Source: Candidatus Saccharimonadales bacterium
GTDB taxonomy: Bacteria; Patescibacteriota; Saccharimonadia; Saccharimonadales; UBA7683
DNA length: 64,000 nt
Direction: 5' to 3'
Assembly: GCA_046350615.1 (NCBI GenBank)
Contig: JAXMAA010000002.1
Span: forward strand, 277,204-341,203
Part shown: piece by piece, positions 37,219-46,376 of the stretch
How the letters are laid out: each line of letters opens with the position of its first letter
How positions within the stretch are numbered: position 1 is the stretch's first letter
Notes under the pieces: model-generated
The model's database searches: none
Seen by the model: only the letters and a program-made list of their open reading frames with translations
What the model was told of the DNA's origin: nothing
Program-made: the position numbers and the translations under genes

Positions 37219-37328
37219 CCTCCACCCCTCAAATCCTCTCGTCCGTCATTCCCGAGCGAGCGGGAATCCAGTTCAAATACCAGATCCCGGATCAAGTCCG
37301 GGATGACACAGAGGGGCTTAGAGGGTCG
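37219..37328. repeat. GTCAT-hairpin palindromic repeat element
   Basis: CCCCTCAAATCCTCT...GTCATTCCCGAGCGAGCGGGAATCC...GATCCCGGATCAAGTCCGGGATGAC...AGAGGGGCTTAGAGGG; outer arms are inverted copies. Confidence 0.7.
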
Positions 37329-37354
37329 TTTGAAAATTATGTTACTATGGCGAT

Positions 37355-37543
37355 ATGACAAAACGACTGTATCGTTCGACTGAAGAGAAAATGATTGCTG
37401 GTGTATGTGGTGGATTGGCACAGTACTTTGCTATAGATCCGGTGATTGTACGAATTATCTTTTTCATCCTGTTGCTCCCAGGAGGGCTACCTGGATTCTT
37501 ACCGTATGTAGTGTTGTGGATTGTTGTTCCCGTTAAAAAATAG
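37355..37543 (+). CDS. PspC domain-containing small membrane protein
   Basis: LYRSTEEKMIAGVCGGLAQYFAIDPVIVRIIF is the PspC domain signature. Confidence 0.85.
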   Translation: MTKRLYRSTEEKMIAGVCGGLAQYFAIDPVIVRIIFFILLLPGGLPGFLPYVVLWIVVPVKK

Positions 37544-37563
37544 GAGGCCAAGATGGCCTCCTA
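37541..37563. terminator. Bidirectional intrinsic terminator between convergent genes
   Basis: 10-bp stem TAGGAGGCCA / TGGCCTCCTA with 3-nt loop; the A6 run upstream gives a U-tract for the minus-strand gene, with a weaker T-rich tail for pspC. Confidence 0.7.
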
Positions 37564-37584
37564 TTGTATGTATTAACGTACTGA

Positions 37585-38226
37585 TTACAGTACGTCTACA
37601 CCGTCATTATCGTTAGAAACTACATTACCCGAGTTAACGTTTGTATTTACGTTATTTGTGATGCTCGTAGTAGTTGATGATGAGCTGGTGCTGTTGCCGC
37701 TATTACGGTTATCAGTGTAGGTGTTACCATTATCGCTGACGTTGGTATTGGCGGTGTTTGTTGTGGTAGTGCTTGTGTTGCCATTGTTGAGATTGAGCCC
37801 AAGCGTATTGCCGCTCCATCGATTATCGGTGTAAGTGTTGCCGCTGAATCGACTATCAACAGTGGTGTTGCCATTGTTTCGGGTATCAATAGTTGTGGTC
37901 GTGGTGTTAGTGGTGGTTGAGGTATTGGTCTGGTTGAAGCTTCCAGAAACACTACCAAAGTCTCGGCCAAGACCCCATACTACACCTGCTGTGCTCACTG
38001 GTGAGACTACAGCTGCAGAAGTGGTTGGTACCTCGCAACTTGCGCCAATACTCTGTGTGGTGGCTGGACTGTTTGCCTGGGATGCTGCAAATGCAGTAGT
38101 AAGTTGCGCCTTTAAGACTGATACAGTAATCATACTCACAACTGGAATTGCTACGAGCATACCAGCGAATGCTGCTAACATTGTTTTATTATTTTGATAT
38201 TGAGCTGTCGCTACGGCATCGGCCAT
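37585..38226 (-). CDS. Secreted/anchored Asn-Thr-rich repetitive protein
   Basis: N-terminal TM MLAAFAGMLVAIPVVSMITVSVL; C-terminal half is low-complexity N/T/S with recurring SGNTYTDNR units. Confidence 0.5.
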   Translation of the reverse strand: MADAVATAQYQNNKTMLAAFAGMLVAIPVVSMITVSVLKAQLTTAFAASQANSPATTQSIGASCEVPTTSAAVVSPVSTAGVVWGLGRDFGSVSGSFNQTNTSTTTNTTTTTIDTRNNGNTTVDSRFSGNTYTDNRWSGNTLGLNLNNGNTSTTTTNTANTNVSDNGNTYTDNRNSGNSTSSSSTTTSITNNVNTNVNSGNVVSNDNDGVDVL

Positions 38227-38365
38227 ACAACTACCCTCCTCGCATTAAGTTTAGTTATAGACTCCCACCAATCGTAGTTTAACGATACGCCCATTTACAA
38301 AACACTGTCAATATGTTTTAAAACATAAGCGTGATTAACTGTGGATAACTAGCCTTGATAAATAT

Positions 38366-39547
38366 TTAAAACTTTGCGATTCGATAGGCGTGTCGCCAAG
38401 TTTTGATAGCATCTTTATAGGGTTGGAAGTTGCGAAAGATCATAAAATCAGCTTGTCGACGAATAGCCCAGCCGTGCCTACCACTGACAACTTGGTTGCC
38501 TTTTTGTGCCGCTGCCCATTTAGGGCCAGCCGTGACAACATAGAGTGGCTTGCGGTTTCGATACAGAGCGGGTGTTTTGCCGGCTCGCTCACGAATAAGG
38601 TTACTACTTACAAAATTGGCATCGTGAAGTGCAGTTTGGGCCATGCCAGAATACTGAGTATCAGCATTGTCGCCAAGTATATATATGTGAGATTGACCTG
38701 GGACTTGGAGGTATTCATCAACGACAACACGTCCGCCACGGCCAAGCGTGAAGATCTCTGAGTTCTTACTATAAAAATCTACCGGCTTGCTGCCTGCCGT
38801 CCAGACGATAACATCCGCTTCAAGCTCACCGCTCTTCATGCAGAGTGCATCCGACTTGCAGGCGGCAACTTGTGCACCAAGATGAATTTCAACGCCAAGC
38901 TTTTGCAAATGACGATGTGTTTTTAAAGCAGCTTTTGGAGCGAGCATTGGCAGTATGCGGTCTGCTGCATCAACCAAAATGGTTTTTACTCGAACAGGTT
39001 TAATGCCGTATTTTTTTGCAACTAACCGCGAAAACGCCGGAATCTCACCTGCCAGTTCAACACCAGAAGCGCCAGCACCAACAATCACCACACGGAGCGG
39101 TTTTGACGCGCTGCGGCTCAAGATCTCAACCAATTTTTTACGAAGTTTAATGGTGGAGCTGATATCGTGCATACTTTCGGTGTGTTCCGCGAGACCTTTG
39201 ATGCCAAAATAATTAACCTGATTGCCGAGTGCTAAAACAAGTTTGTCGTAAGGATATATCTCACCTTCCATAGAAACCAGAAGTTGTTTTTTTGCATCAA
39301 TGTAGGCCGCAGCATCAAGCGCCAGTGTTACATTGTGCACCTCTGAAAAGATCTCCCTGAGCGGAATAACCACCTCCATTGGTGAGTGGCCAACGGCAGA
39401 ACGGTATAATGCGCCGTGATATTCAAAATGTGTGTTGTTAGAAACCAGCGTAACCTCAAAGCCGGCTTTATTTGCCAGATTGAGTGCCGTTTTCACACCA
39501 CCAAAGCCACCGCCAACTACAACCACCCGAGTTATCTTCTTTGCCAT
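38366..39547 (-). CDS. ndh: Type II NADH dehydrogenase (NDH-2) family oxidoreductase, second copy
   Basis: VVVVGGGFGGV and VVIVGAGASGVELAG dinucleotide motifs; GDNADTQYSGMAQTA shared with 8805-9998. Confidence 0.75.
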   Translation of the reverse strand: MAKKITRVVVVGGGFGGVKTALNLANKAGFEVTLVSNNTHFEYHGALYRSAVGHSPMEVVIPLREIFSEVHNVTLALDAAAYIDAKKQLLVSMEGEIYPYDKLVLALGNQVNYFGIKGLAEHTESMHDISSTIKLRKKLVEILSRSASKPLRVVIVGAGASGVELAGEIPAFSRLVAKKYGIKPVRVKTILVDAADRILPMLAPKAALKTHRHLQKLGVEIHLGAQVAACKSDALCMKSGELEADVIVWTAGSKPVDFYSKNSEIFTLGRGGRVVVDEYLQVPGQSHIYILGDNADTQYSGMAQTALHDANFVSSNLIRERAGKTPALYRNRKPLYVVTAGPKWAAAQKGNQVVSGRHGWAIRRQADFMIFRNFQPYKDAIKTWRHAYRIAKF

Positions 39548-39623
39548 TACGCTTTAGTTTACCATTTTAGGAGTTAATGATCACCCTATAAACTGAAATA
39601 GATAACCTATATACTAGCTAATA

Positions 39624-40147
39624 ATGATGAAGTTTATTGTTGGCACCAAAATGAGCAAAAAGTATCTGTAGTTAAAAGAGTGGTTGCGGATATTGTGAAG
39701 GATGATGTTTTAGTTGAGGCCATCGATATTCCATCACTTGTTCCGGATACCCCATATAACGAAGAAACTAAGCAAGGTGCCTATAATCGTGCCCGGCAGC
39801 TTATTAAGAGCCATGCGTCTGCGTATTGCATTGGTTTAGAAAGCGGGTTGGTTGAGAGATATAATTTATTATTTGAAGAAGCATGGGCATGTGTTTGCTA
39901 TAACAACCAGGTTTATTATGGCTATTCAAGCGGTCTCGTAATTCCAGAATATGTGCGCCAGAAAATGAAGGAGCTCAATCTCGAACATGGCCCTACTATG
40001 AACCATATTCGTGGTGAACTGGGTCAATTTGATGATAGAGACACTTGGGGGACATATTCCGGCAAGGCAATTCTTCGTACCATTAGTATTGAGGAGGCTC
40101 TGCGCAACGCTCTGGTTCAGTTTTTCTCCATCCGAGAGCCTCTATAA
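39624..40147 (+). pseudogene. Inosine/xanthosine triphosphatase (YjjX/DUF84 family), frameshifted near the 5' end
   Basis: MMKFIVGTK in one frame stops at TAG 39666. The other frame reads NEQKVSVVKRVV...IDIPSLVPDTPYNEETKQGAYNRA (DUF84 core). One extra A in the A4 run 39648-39651 would join them. Confidence 0.7.
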
Positions 40148-40185
40148 CAAGTAATTTTACTCTATAATCGTATATACTACAAAGT

Positions 40186-40983
40186 ATGGCACAAATCGGG
40201 TATCGGGGGATATACAGTAAAAAAGCGAAAGGGCCGTTTCGGATCTCTCGTTCTAAGATAGAATTATTTCAACAATGCCAGCGTTGTTTTTGGCTAGAGA
40301 CGGTCAAAGGAATCAAGCGACCTGATAGTCCGCCGTTTAATATTAATAAAGCGATTGATGAGCTCTTCAAAAAAGAATTTGATGTGCACCGAAAAGCAAG
40401 AACACAGCATCCGTTGATGAAGAAATTTGGTGTTGAGGCGATTCCATTTGCGCATGATCAAATGGACGAATGGCGCGAGAATTTCGTAGGGGTACAATAC
40501 CACCACGAGCCAACAAATTTATTGGTCTTTGGGGCGGTTGATGATGTTTGGGTGAATCCAAAAGACGAACTCATTGTGGTAGATTATAAAGCCACAGCGA
40601 AGCAGCAGCCAGTGAGTGAATTAAGACCAGTTGGCAGTTGGCATGACATGTATCGTCGCCAGATGGAAACCTATCAATGGCTGCTCCGGCAGAACGGTTT
40701 TGAGGTTAGTGATACCGGTTATTTCGTATATACAACTACCAACTCCAACGCCGATGTTTTCGGTGATAACCTCAGTTTTGAAACGAACGTCATAGCCTAT
40801 ACAGGTTCGGCCGATTGGGTCGAGCCGATACTCGGCAACATAAAAAACTGCCTTGATAGTACCGTCATGCCGTCAGTCGGTGAGGCTGCTATGGGCGGGG
40901 AGTGCGATTTTTGCGGTTACTCTCGTGCTCGCACCGAATATACACTACAATTTATTCAGCAACAAAAACATAAAAACGAATAA
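40186..40983 (+). CDS. PD-(D/E)XK nuclease superfamily protein with Cys clusters (Cas4/RecB-nuclease-like)
   Basis: CQRCFW near the N-terminus, GAVDDV...VVDYKAT (D...D/E-x-K), and C-terminal CDFCGY. Confidence 0.6.
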   Translation: MAQIGYRGIYSKKAKGPFRISRSKIELFQQCQRCFWLETVKGIKRPDSPPFNINKAIDELFKKEFDVHRKARTQHPLMKKFGVEAIPFAHDQMDEWRENFVGVQYHHEPTNLLVFGAVDDVWVNPKDELIVVDYKATAKQQPVSELRPVGSWHDMYRRQMETYQWLLRQNGFEVSDTGYFVYTTTNSNADVFGDNLSFETNVIAYTGSADWVEPILGNIKNCLDSTVMPSVGEAAMGGECDFCGYSRARTEYTLQFIQQQKHKNE

Positions 40984-41187
40984 GGAAGCTTTATAAGTGC
41001 ACATGCTCATGCCCTGTATCGTAAGAATAAAGGCACCTCGATTATTACGTGGTCTGCTTACATTGCAACTTCAGTTATTTGGCTTCTGCATGGCCTGAAA
41101 ATATGCGATGTCTCACTCATAGTAATGCAATCTATTTGGACAATTCTATCGATTCTTGTTGTGCTCGGTCTGCTTATTCAGCACTAG
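40984..41187 (+). pseudogene. Possible 5'-truncated PQ-loop/SemiSWEET-like remnant
   Basis: Open frame with no canonical start: ...SFISAHALYRKNKGTSIITWSAYIATSVIWLLHGL...SIWTILSILVVLGLLIQH. It aligns by eye to TM2-TM3 of SemiSWEETs; TM1 and the PQ dipeptide are missing. Confidence 0.25.
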
Positions 41188-41273
41188 TCAATGGAGGTCG
41201 ACAGCTATATGATGTGGGATAGATTTAATTAAAGAGAGCCCTTGGCCTAAGGGCTCTCTTTAAATTGGGTAGC

Positions 41274-42938
41274 CTAGTGAACGGCGACAGGTTTTTCGGT
41301 AGCAGATTTACCAGTCTCAAGATCTCGAATGTTCGGCAGCAGAACAGAAGTGAGAAGTGTGGCGATGGTGAAGAATATGGTGAGTGACATTGCCGTTTTA
41401 TTACCCTCAACCGTGGCGTGCTCACTTGCATCAGTGATTACCTTGGCTATTACTGGTGGAACATTTTTATGATCCTCAGCAGAAGCAAATTCGATATTGC
41501 TACCAGCCGCTTTAACCTGCGCCACTACTGCGGGCTTAAGTTGCGCAGGCAGCTCTGAGCTGGTCTCAACATTCTTTACAACACTGCTTGAAATGGTGGC
41601 AATTAATGCGGCACCAATAATCGCTGAGCCAAAACTTTGACCAACCTGACGCAAGGTGTTGTTAACGCCAGATGCCTCACCGGATTGATCAACCGAAACC
41701 GCCGAGAGGGTAAGGTTACTGAGCTGGCTAAAGCCGAAACCAAGGCCAAGACCAAAGAGTGCAAGTCCCGGTGCAAAGCTCCAAACCGTAGCATCAACGG
41801 AGAATGCGAAGTAGAGTAATACTGATCCAAGGGTGCTCACTAAGAACCCAATCTGGATTACTTGCTTTGGAGTGAATCGTTTTGTGAGTTTGAGTGCGAG
41901 TGGCGCGCCAATCATAACTGCAAGAGACATCGGCAGTAGGCCAAGGCCAGTCTTGAATGCGTCGAAGTGCAGCACACTTTGGTAAAAGATCGGTGTTGAG
42001 AAGATCAGACCACTCATAGCAAGAGCCTGAAAGGCGGTGGTTACACTGCCTGCGGTAAACTGTTTATTGGCGAACAGGCTGAGTGAAACGAGTGGTGTGT
42101 GGCCTTTTTGTTCTCGGTGGTGTTCAAATAGTGCAAAGAATGCGAGCAGGGCGAGACCAAAGGCAATCGCGATCGGGGCGATAGAGAGGCTGAATGGAGC
42201 AAACGAGTGACCAAAGATTGCAAATGGTGCTTTGGCAGTGAACCAGCCATAGCTGCTTGATTCGATTAAGCCGTAGACTACGCTTGTTAGGCCAACAGAG
42301 CTGAGTAAAATACCAACTCCATCAAGTTCAATCTTCTCAGACTTGTCTCGTGCTTCGTGGAGGAATCGTGCACCAATAAGGAGCAGAGCAACAACAACAA
42401 GGTTGATTCTAAATGCCCAGCGCCACGAATAGTTGGTGGTGAGCCACCCACCCAATATTGGTCCAAACGAGGCGGCACTGGCGGCAACAGCACCCCAGAT
42501 AGCAAAGGCCAGCGCGCGATCTTTACCACGATATTCATTCACCAAGAGTGACGAAGTTGCTGGCATCATCAAGGCTGCGCCAATGCCTTCAATAATAGCG
42601 TTCCCAATAATGACCCACATGATGTTTGGGGCAACAGATGTCACCAGCGAGCCGGCCGCAAAGAGCAAGGCACCAACAATAAACATCCGTTTACGGCCAA
42701 ATAAATCGCCGAGGCGACCGCCAGTGACAGTGAGGGCAGCGAGTGTGAGCGCATAGGCAGAAATAACCCACTGAATATTCTGCACCGTAGTGTTAAGATC
42801 GTTCAAAATGTTGCGGATTGAAACATTTAATACGGTGGTGTCGATGATAATAATCATCATAGCGACGGAGAGCACAATCAGTGGTAGCCACTTGGCAAAC
42901 CCTTGACGCTCCTTAAACTTTGCTTTTATTTTTTCCAT
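41274..42938 (-). CDS. MFS transporter, 14-TM DHA2 (EmrB/QacA-like) drug:H+ antiporter family
   Basis: 554 aa; motif A-like GGRLGDLFGRKRMF; 14 predicted TM segments. Confidence 0.85.
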   Translation of the reverse strand: MEKIKAKFKERQGFAKWLPLIVLSVAMMIIIIDTTVLNVSIRNILNDLNTTVQNIQWVISAYALTLAALTVTGGRLGDLFGRKRMFIVGALLFAAGSLVTSVAPNIMWVIIGNAIIEGIGAALMMPATSSLLVNEYRGKDRALAFAIWGAVAASAASFGPILGGWLTTNYSWRWAFRINLVVVALLLIGARFLHEARDKSEKIELDGVGILLSSVGLTSVVYGLIESSSYGWFTAKAPFAIFGHSFAPFSLSIAPIAIAFGLALLAFFALFEHHREQKGHTPLVSLSLFANKQFTAGSVTTAFQALAMSGLIFSTPIFYQSVLHFDAFKTGLGLLPMSLAVMIGAPLALKLTKRFTPKQVIQIGFLVSTLGSVLLYFAFSVDATVWSFAPGLALFGLGLGFGFSQLSNLTLSAVSVDQSGEASGVNNTLRQVGQSFGSAIIGAALIATISSSVVKNVETSSELPAQLKPAVVAQVKAAGSNIEFASAEDHKNVPPVIAKVITDASEHATVEGNKTAMSLTIFFTIATLLTSVLLPNIRDLETGKSATEKPVAVH

Positions 42939-43378
42939 AGATTCTCCTTTTTGAGGCTAGTTATTGTTTTCTCCAATATTTTTTCGAGCGTTCGTAGCTC
43001 GCCATTACTAACTGCATCAAAGCGCACACTGAGCTCGTCAATAAATTGTTGCCGAAAGCTATTAAATTGCTCTTTGGCTTCATCTGCGAGCTGCACCAGT
43101 GTAACTCTTCGGTCGTTTGTATCTGTACGACGTTCCACGAGTAGTCGTCGCTCAAGTTGGTCGACCATTTGTGAGACTGCCGAGGGCGTGATGTTAAACA
43201 GCCTGGCAAGTTCACCCGTTGAGCGGGGACTGTGTTTGATAGAGAAGAGAAGCTCCATTTGGGCGCGTGAAAGCTCGAACCTTGCCAAAAAACCATCACG
43301 GCTTGTTGCCATACAAGCTTGTAGCTCGCCTATGTTGAAGACGATCTTCTCGAGTAGTTGCTTACGTGTATTTTCCAT
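42926..43378 (-). CDS. MarR family transcriptional regulator
   Basis: 150 aa wHTH (TGELARLFNITPSAVSQMVDQLERRLLVERRTDTNDRR); overlaps the MFS gene start by 13 nt. Confidence 0.85.
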   Translation of the reverse strand: MENTRKQLLEKIVFNIGELQACMATSRDGFLARFELSRAQMELLFSIKHSPRSTGELARLFNITPSAVSQMVDQLERRLLVERRTDTNDRRVTLVQLADEAKEQFNSFRQQFIDELSVRFDAVSNGELRTLEKILEKTITSLKKENLWKK

Positions 43379-43435
43379 AAGTCACTTAATAGTTTAGTGA
43401 CTGAAATGTTTGCTGTCAAGTGGTTTCTTACTCGA

Positions 43436-43537
43436 CTCTCAAAACCCCAAGCTTGTCATTCCCGACTCCGATCAGGAATCTATAGTAAATCACTGGATCC
43501 GCCATGGCGGATGACAGACAGGGTTTTGAGGCTCAGG
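43436..43537. repeat. GTCAT-hairpin palindromic repeat element
   Basis: CTCTCAAAACCCC...GTCATTCCCGACTCCGATCAGGAATC...GGATCCGCCATGGCGGATGAC...GGGTTTTGAGGCTCAGG; same outer-arm motif (CAAAAC / GTTTTGAG) as at 26.4/27.6 kb. Confidence 0.7.
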
Positions 43538-43589
43538 TGTTTCTTGTTTTGCTTCTTGGGGCAAAGCTGGTTTGCGTTAAAATAGAATA

Positions 43590-44267
43590 GTGAAGTTGAA
43601 GTTATTGAAAAAGTATCGAGAACTTGGTGACATCTGGTCATTCATTTTTGAACCTATCGAGCCGTTGGCATGGCTCGCGGGGCAGTATATTAACATAACA
43701 ATGCCCGATGTGCCGCCTGTTGACCAAGATCGTCTTTTTACCATCGCCTCCGCGCCGCACGAGCGTACGTTGCTGGTTACGACATATCTTGGCCCGAGTC
43801 GCTACAAACAGCAGATGGCACAGCTTCAAGTTGGCGAGGTTGTTGAGGCTGATCAACTAGGTGGAGACTTCATCTGGCAAGATGATGGCCGAAAGAAACT
43901 TTACATAGCTGGCGGCATTGGAGTGACGACGTTTCGCAGTATTATATTAGATCAAATTGATAAAAAAATACCAAATGATGCACTGCTGCTCTACGCAGGC
44001 ACACAAGTACGCCGGCCGTTTATGGATGAGCTTCTCTCGGCTCTTTCTGCAGATCGAAGCCTTACTATGAACATATATGATCAAGAACGTCTCACGCTCG
44101 CAAAATTACTCGCTGATGTTCCTGATATTTTTGAAAGAACGGTATATTTGGCCGGTTCGCAATCATTCTCCGAAACACTCGGTGAGGGATTAATCAAACA
44201 GGGCATCAATCGCCAACAAATAAAATACGACTACTTCGACGGCTACACAGATATTGAATATCAATAA
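43590..44267 (+). CDS. Ferredoxin-NADP reductase-type FAD/NAD(P)-binding oxidoreductase
   Basis: GTG start; FAD motif RLFTIASAP (R-x-Y/F-S/T), NAD motif YIAGGIGVTTFRSI. Confidence 0.65.
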   Translation: MKLKLLKKYRELGDIWSFIFEPIEPLAWLAGQYINITMPDVPPVDQDRLFTIASAPHERTLLVTTYLGPSRYKQQMAQLQVGEVVEADQLGGDFIWQDDGRKKLYIAGGIGVTTFRSIILDQIDKKIPNDALLLYAGTQVRRPFMDELLSALSADRSLTMNIYDQERLTLAKLLADVPDIFERTVYLAGSQSFSETLGEGLIKQGINRQQIKYDYFDGYTDIEYQ

Positions 44268-44300
44268 TCAAAAGTGCAATAAGTAGCCTATAATGAAAGT

Positions 44301-45386
44301 ATGGAAATGCTTTTGATTGTTTTATTGGTTTTGGTGGTGCTTGGGTTTGGGGCGGTGATTTTTGTATTAAATCAGAAGCTCTCGAAACCTCAGAATGATC
44401 AAGCGGCGCAGTATTTAAAGACAGACCTGGATAATTTGAGTAAGGGTGTGGCAGAGCTCAGGCAGAGCTTGAACGAGAATATTAACGAAAAACTCAATAA
44501 GTCTCAGTCAGAACTGAACTCAAGTATTCAGCGGCAGTTTGAGCAGAGCGCTAAGATTATTGCTGATGTTACCAATCGCCTGACGAAGCTTGACGAGACC
44601 AATAAGCGGGTGGTAGATGTGGCCGATGAACTCAAGACCCTGCAAAACGTGTTGCAAAACCCGAAACAGCGAGGTGTGGTTGGCGAGTATTACTTGCAGA
44701 GTGTGTTAGAAAATGTCTTGCCACCTGGACGTTTTCAAATGCAGTATAAGTTTAATGATGGCGAGACTGTAGATGCAGTAATTTTTTTGCAAGACGGGAA
44801 AGTTCTGCCAGTAGACTCAAAGTTCTCATTAGAAAACTATAATCGGCTCATTGAAGAGGCAGATAAAGCCACCAAAGAAGCTTTGGTCAAAAAGTTTAAA
44901 GTTGATCTTAAAAACCGTATTGATGAAACCAGCAAGTACATTCGACCAAGCGAGAACACCATGGATTTCGCCTTCATGTTTATCCCTTCGGAATCTTTGT
45001 ATTACGATCTGCTTATTAATAAAGTTGGTACCAGAGCGACCAACTCGCGTGATCTCATTGAGTATGCTTTTCAAGAGAAGAAGGTGATTATTGTGAGCCC
45101 AACTAGCTTCATGGCCTACCTTCAAACTGTTCTACAGGGCCTCAGAAGCTTACAGATTGAAGAACAGGCTAAAGAGATCCAGAAGCGCGTTGGCGAACTT
45201 GGGCGGCATATCGGCGCATACGAGACCTTAATGCAAAAACTTGGCGGTAGCCTCGGCACCACGGTTAGTCATTATAACAATGCACATAAAGAGCTGAAGA
45301 AAATAGATAAAGACGTGGTTAAAATAGCCGAAACAAACCCTTCAGTTGAGCCACTTTTAATAGATAAACCACAGCAGGAGGAGTAA
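44301..45386 (+). CDS. rmuC: DNA recombination protein RmuC
   Basis: N-terminal TM, long coiled coil, conserved C-domain (DAVIFLQDGKVLPVDSKF..., FAFMFIPSESLYYD). Confidence 0.9.
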   Translation: MEMLLIVLLVLVVLGFGAVIFVLNQKLSKPQNDQAAQYLKTDLDNLSKGVAELRQSLNENINEKLNKSQSELNSSIQRQFEQSAKIIADVTNRLTKLDETNKRVVDVADELKTLQNVLQNPKQRGVVGEYYLQSVLENVLPPGRFQMQYKFNDGETVDAVIFLQDGKVLPVDSKFSLENYNRLIEEADKATKEALVKKFKVDLKNRIDETSKYIRPSENTMDFAFMFIPSESLYYDLLINKVGTRATNSRDLIEYAFQEKKVIIVSPTSFMAYLQTVLQGLRSLQIEEQAKEIQKRVGELGRHIGAYETLMQKLGGSLGTTVSHYNNAHKELKKIDKDVVKIAETNPSVEPLLIDKPQQEE

Positions 45387-45763
45387 TGGGTTCATTCATT
45401 GAAATTAACGATACGCTCAGAATAAATAAAGAACAGGGTTTTCCGGTAGAACTTGATCTTGAGGAGCATATTAAGGCACCTTATTCTCTGGAGTTGGTCA
45501 AAGATAAGGTGTTCCATTTTCAGTCAAAGCCAGCTATTAGGCTCTACAAGGTGCCTCCAGTTAGAAATTTTCTGGTTGAAGATCTGGATGGCAAGTGGGT
45601 TTACTGGGGCCTTTGTTTTATCCAATCGATTGAACACGATTACATAAAGCAAGAGACGTCAGGAACTTTTAAGATAGTTCGCCTTAACACTCCAGAGGAA
45701 ATGAAGGAAATGTTCAAGTTAACTCATTTCTTAAACCCTGAGCAGAACTATTTTAGTGAATAA
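45386..45763 (+). CDS. Hypothetical protein (125 aa)
   Basis: ATG overlaps the rmuC stop (TAATG); no motif recognised. Confidence 0.45.
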   Translation: MGSFIEINDTLRINKEQGFPVELDLEEHIKAPYSLELVKDKVFHFQSKPAIRLYKVPPVRNFLVEDLDGKWVYWGLCFIQSIEHDYIKQETSGTFKIVRLNTPEEMKEMFKLTHFLNPEQNYFSE

Positions 45764-45772
45764 GGTGCGTGA

Positions 45773-46291
45773 ATGAAGCGAGTGTCTATTATTGGCTGCC
45801 CAGGATCAGGTAAATCTTATTTTGCCCGGCAACTGCATGCTGCAACTGGACTTCCATTATTTCATCTTGATAAGATTTACCATGAGCTCCATCTTGAAAA
45901 TGATAGAATCGAGAATCGTAATCTGTGGAGGTCAGAGCTGAATAAGGTGATTAAGAACGATAGCTGGATCACGGACGGTAATTACTTCAGCACACAAGAT
46001 TTGCGGTTGCCTCTATCGGATACGATAATCATTTTTGATTATCCACTCAGGATTGTTTACAGGAGGCTTCTTAAGCGTCGCTGGGTGTATCGTAACGCAA
46101 AACGACCAGACATGCCGGATGATTGGTAGGAGTCGCTCAATTTAGCCTTTATACGATCGCACGTTCTTGGTTTTCGTAAAAAATACCGGAGCCAAGCCGT
46201 GCCAATACTCGAGTTGTTACCAGAAAGCATTGAAGTGGTGACATTCAAGAAACCGAAGCAGGCCAGACAATATCTTGCAAGTATAAAATAA
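45773..46291 (+). pseudogene. P-loop kinase-like topology-modulation (FlaR-like) protein interrupted by an in-frame TAG
   Basis: Walker A GCPGSGKSY. The ORF stops at TAG 46127-46129, but the same frame continues 54 codons (ESLNLAFIRSHVLGFRKKY...KQARQYLASIK*) to TAA 46289-46291, giving a normal family length of about 172 aa. Confidence 0.6.
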
Positions 46292-46315
46292 AACTCCCCG
46301 GAAGCGGGGAGTTTT
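46290..46315. terminator. Bidirectional intrinsic terminator
   Basis: AAAA-CTCCCCG-GAAG-CGGGGAG-TTTT between convergent genes (FlaR-like on +, aquaporin on -). Confidence 0.75.
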
Positions 46316-46376
46316 GAGAACGGTCAGTCACGATCCGATTTTTTGCCTTATTAAGACGATGTAACTACAGTATATA

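Noticed and set aside
37647-38197. Two further ORFs (37647-37970 minus, 37835-38197 plus) in the N/T-rich gene region
   Set aside because: Low-complexity repeats keep all frames open. Only 37585-38226 has a start, a TM segment and a terminator in the right place.
42903-43397. 164-aa plus-strand ORF
   Set aside because: It completely overlaps the MarR gene on the opposite strand, which has a clear wHTH. The Ser/Leu/Arg-rich product is a shadow ORF.
361-46129. Possibility that in-frame TAA/TGA/TAG codons reflect an alternative genetic code (for example UGA=Gly as in some CPR lineages) or programmed recoding
   Set aside because: All three stop codons terminate well-conserved, full-length genes in the window: TGA for VirB4 fragment 4, TAG for nirK/ndh/coupling ATPase, TAA for typA/pheT. 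The internal stops co-occur with frame changes, so lesions are the simpler explanation.
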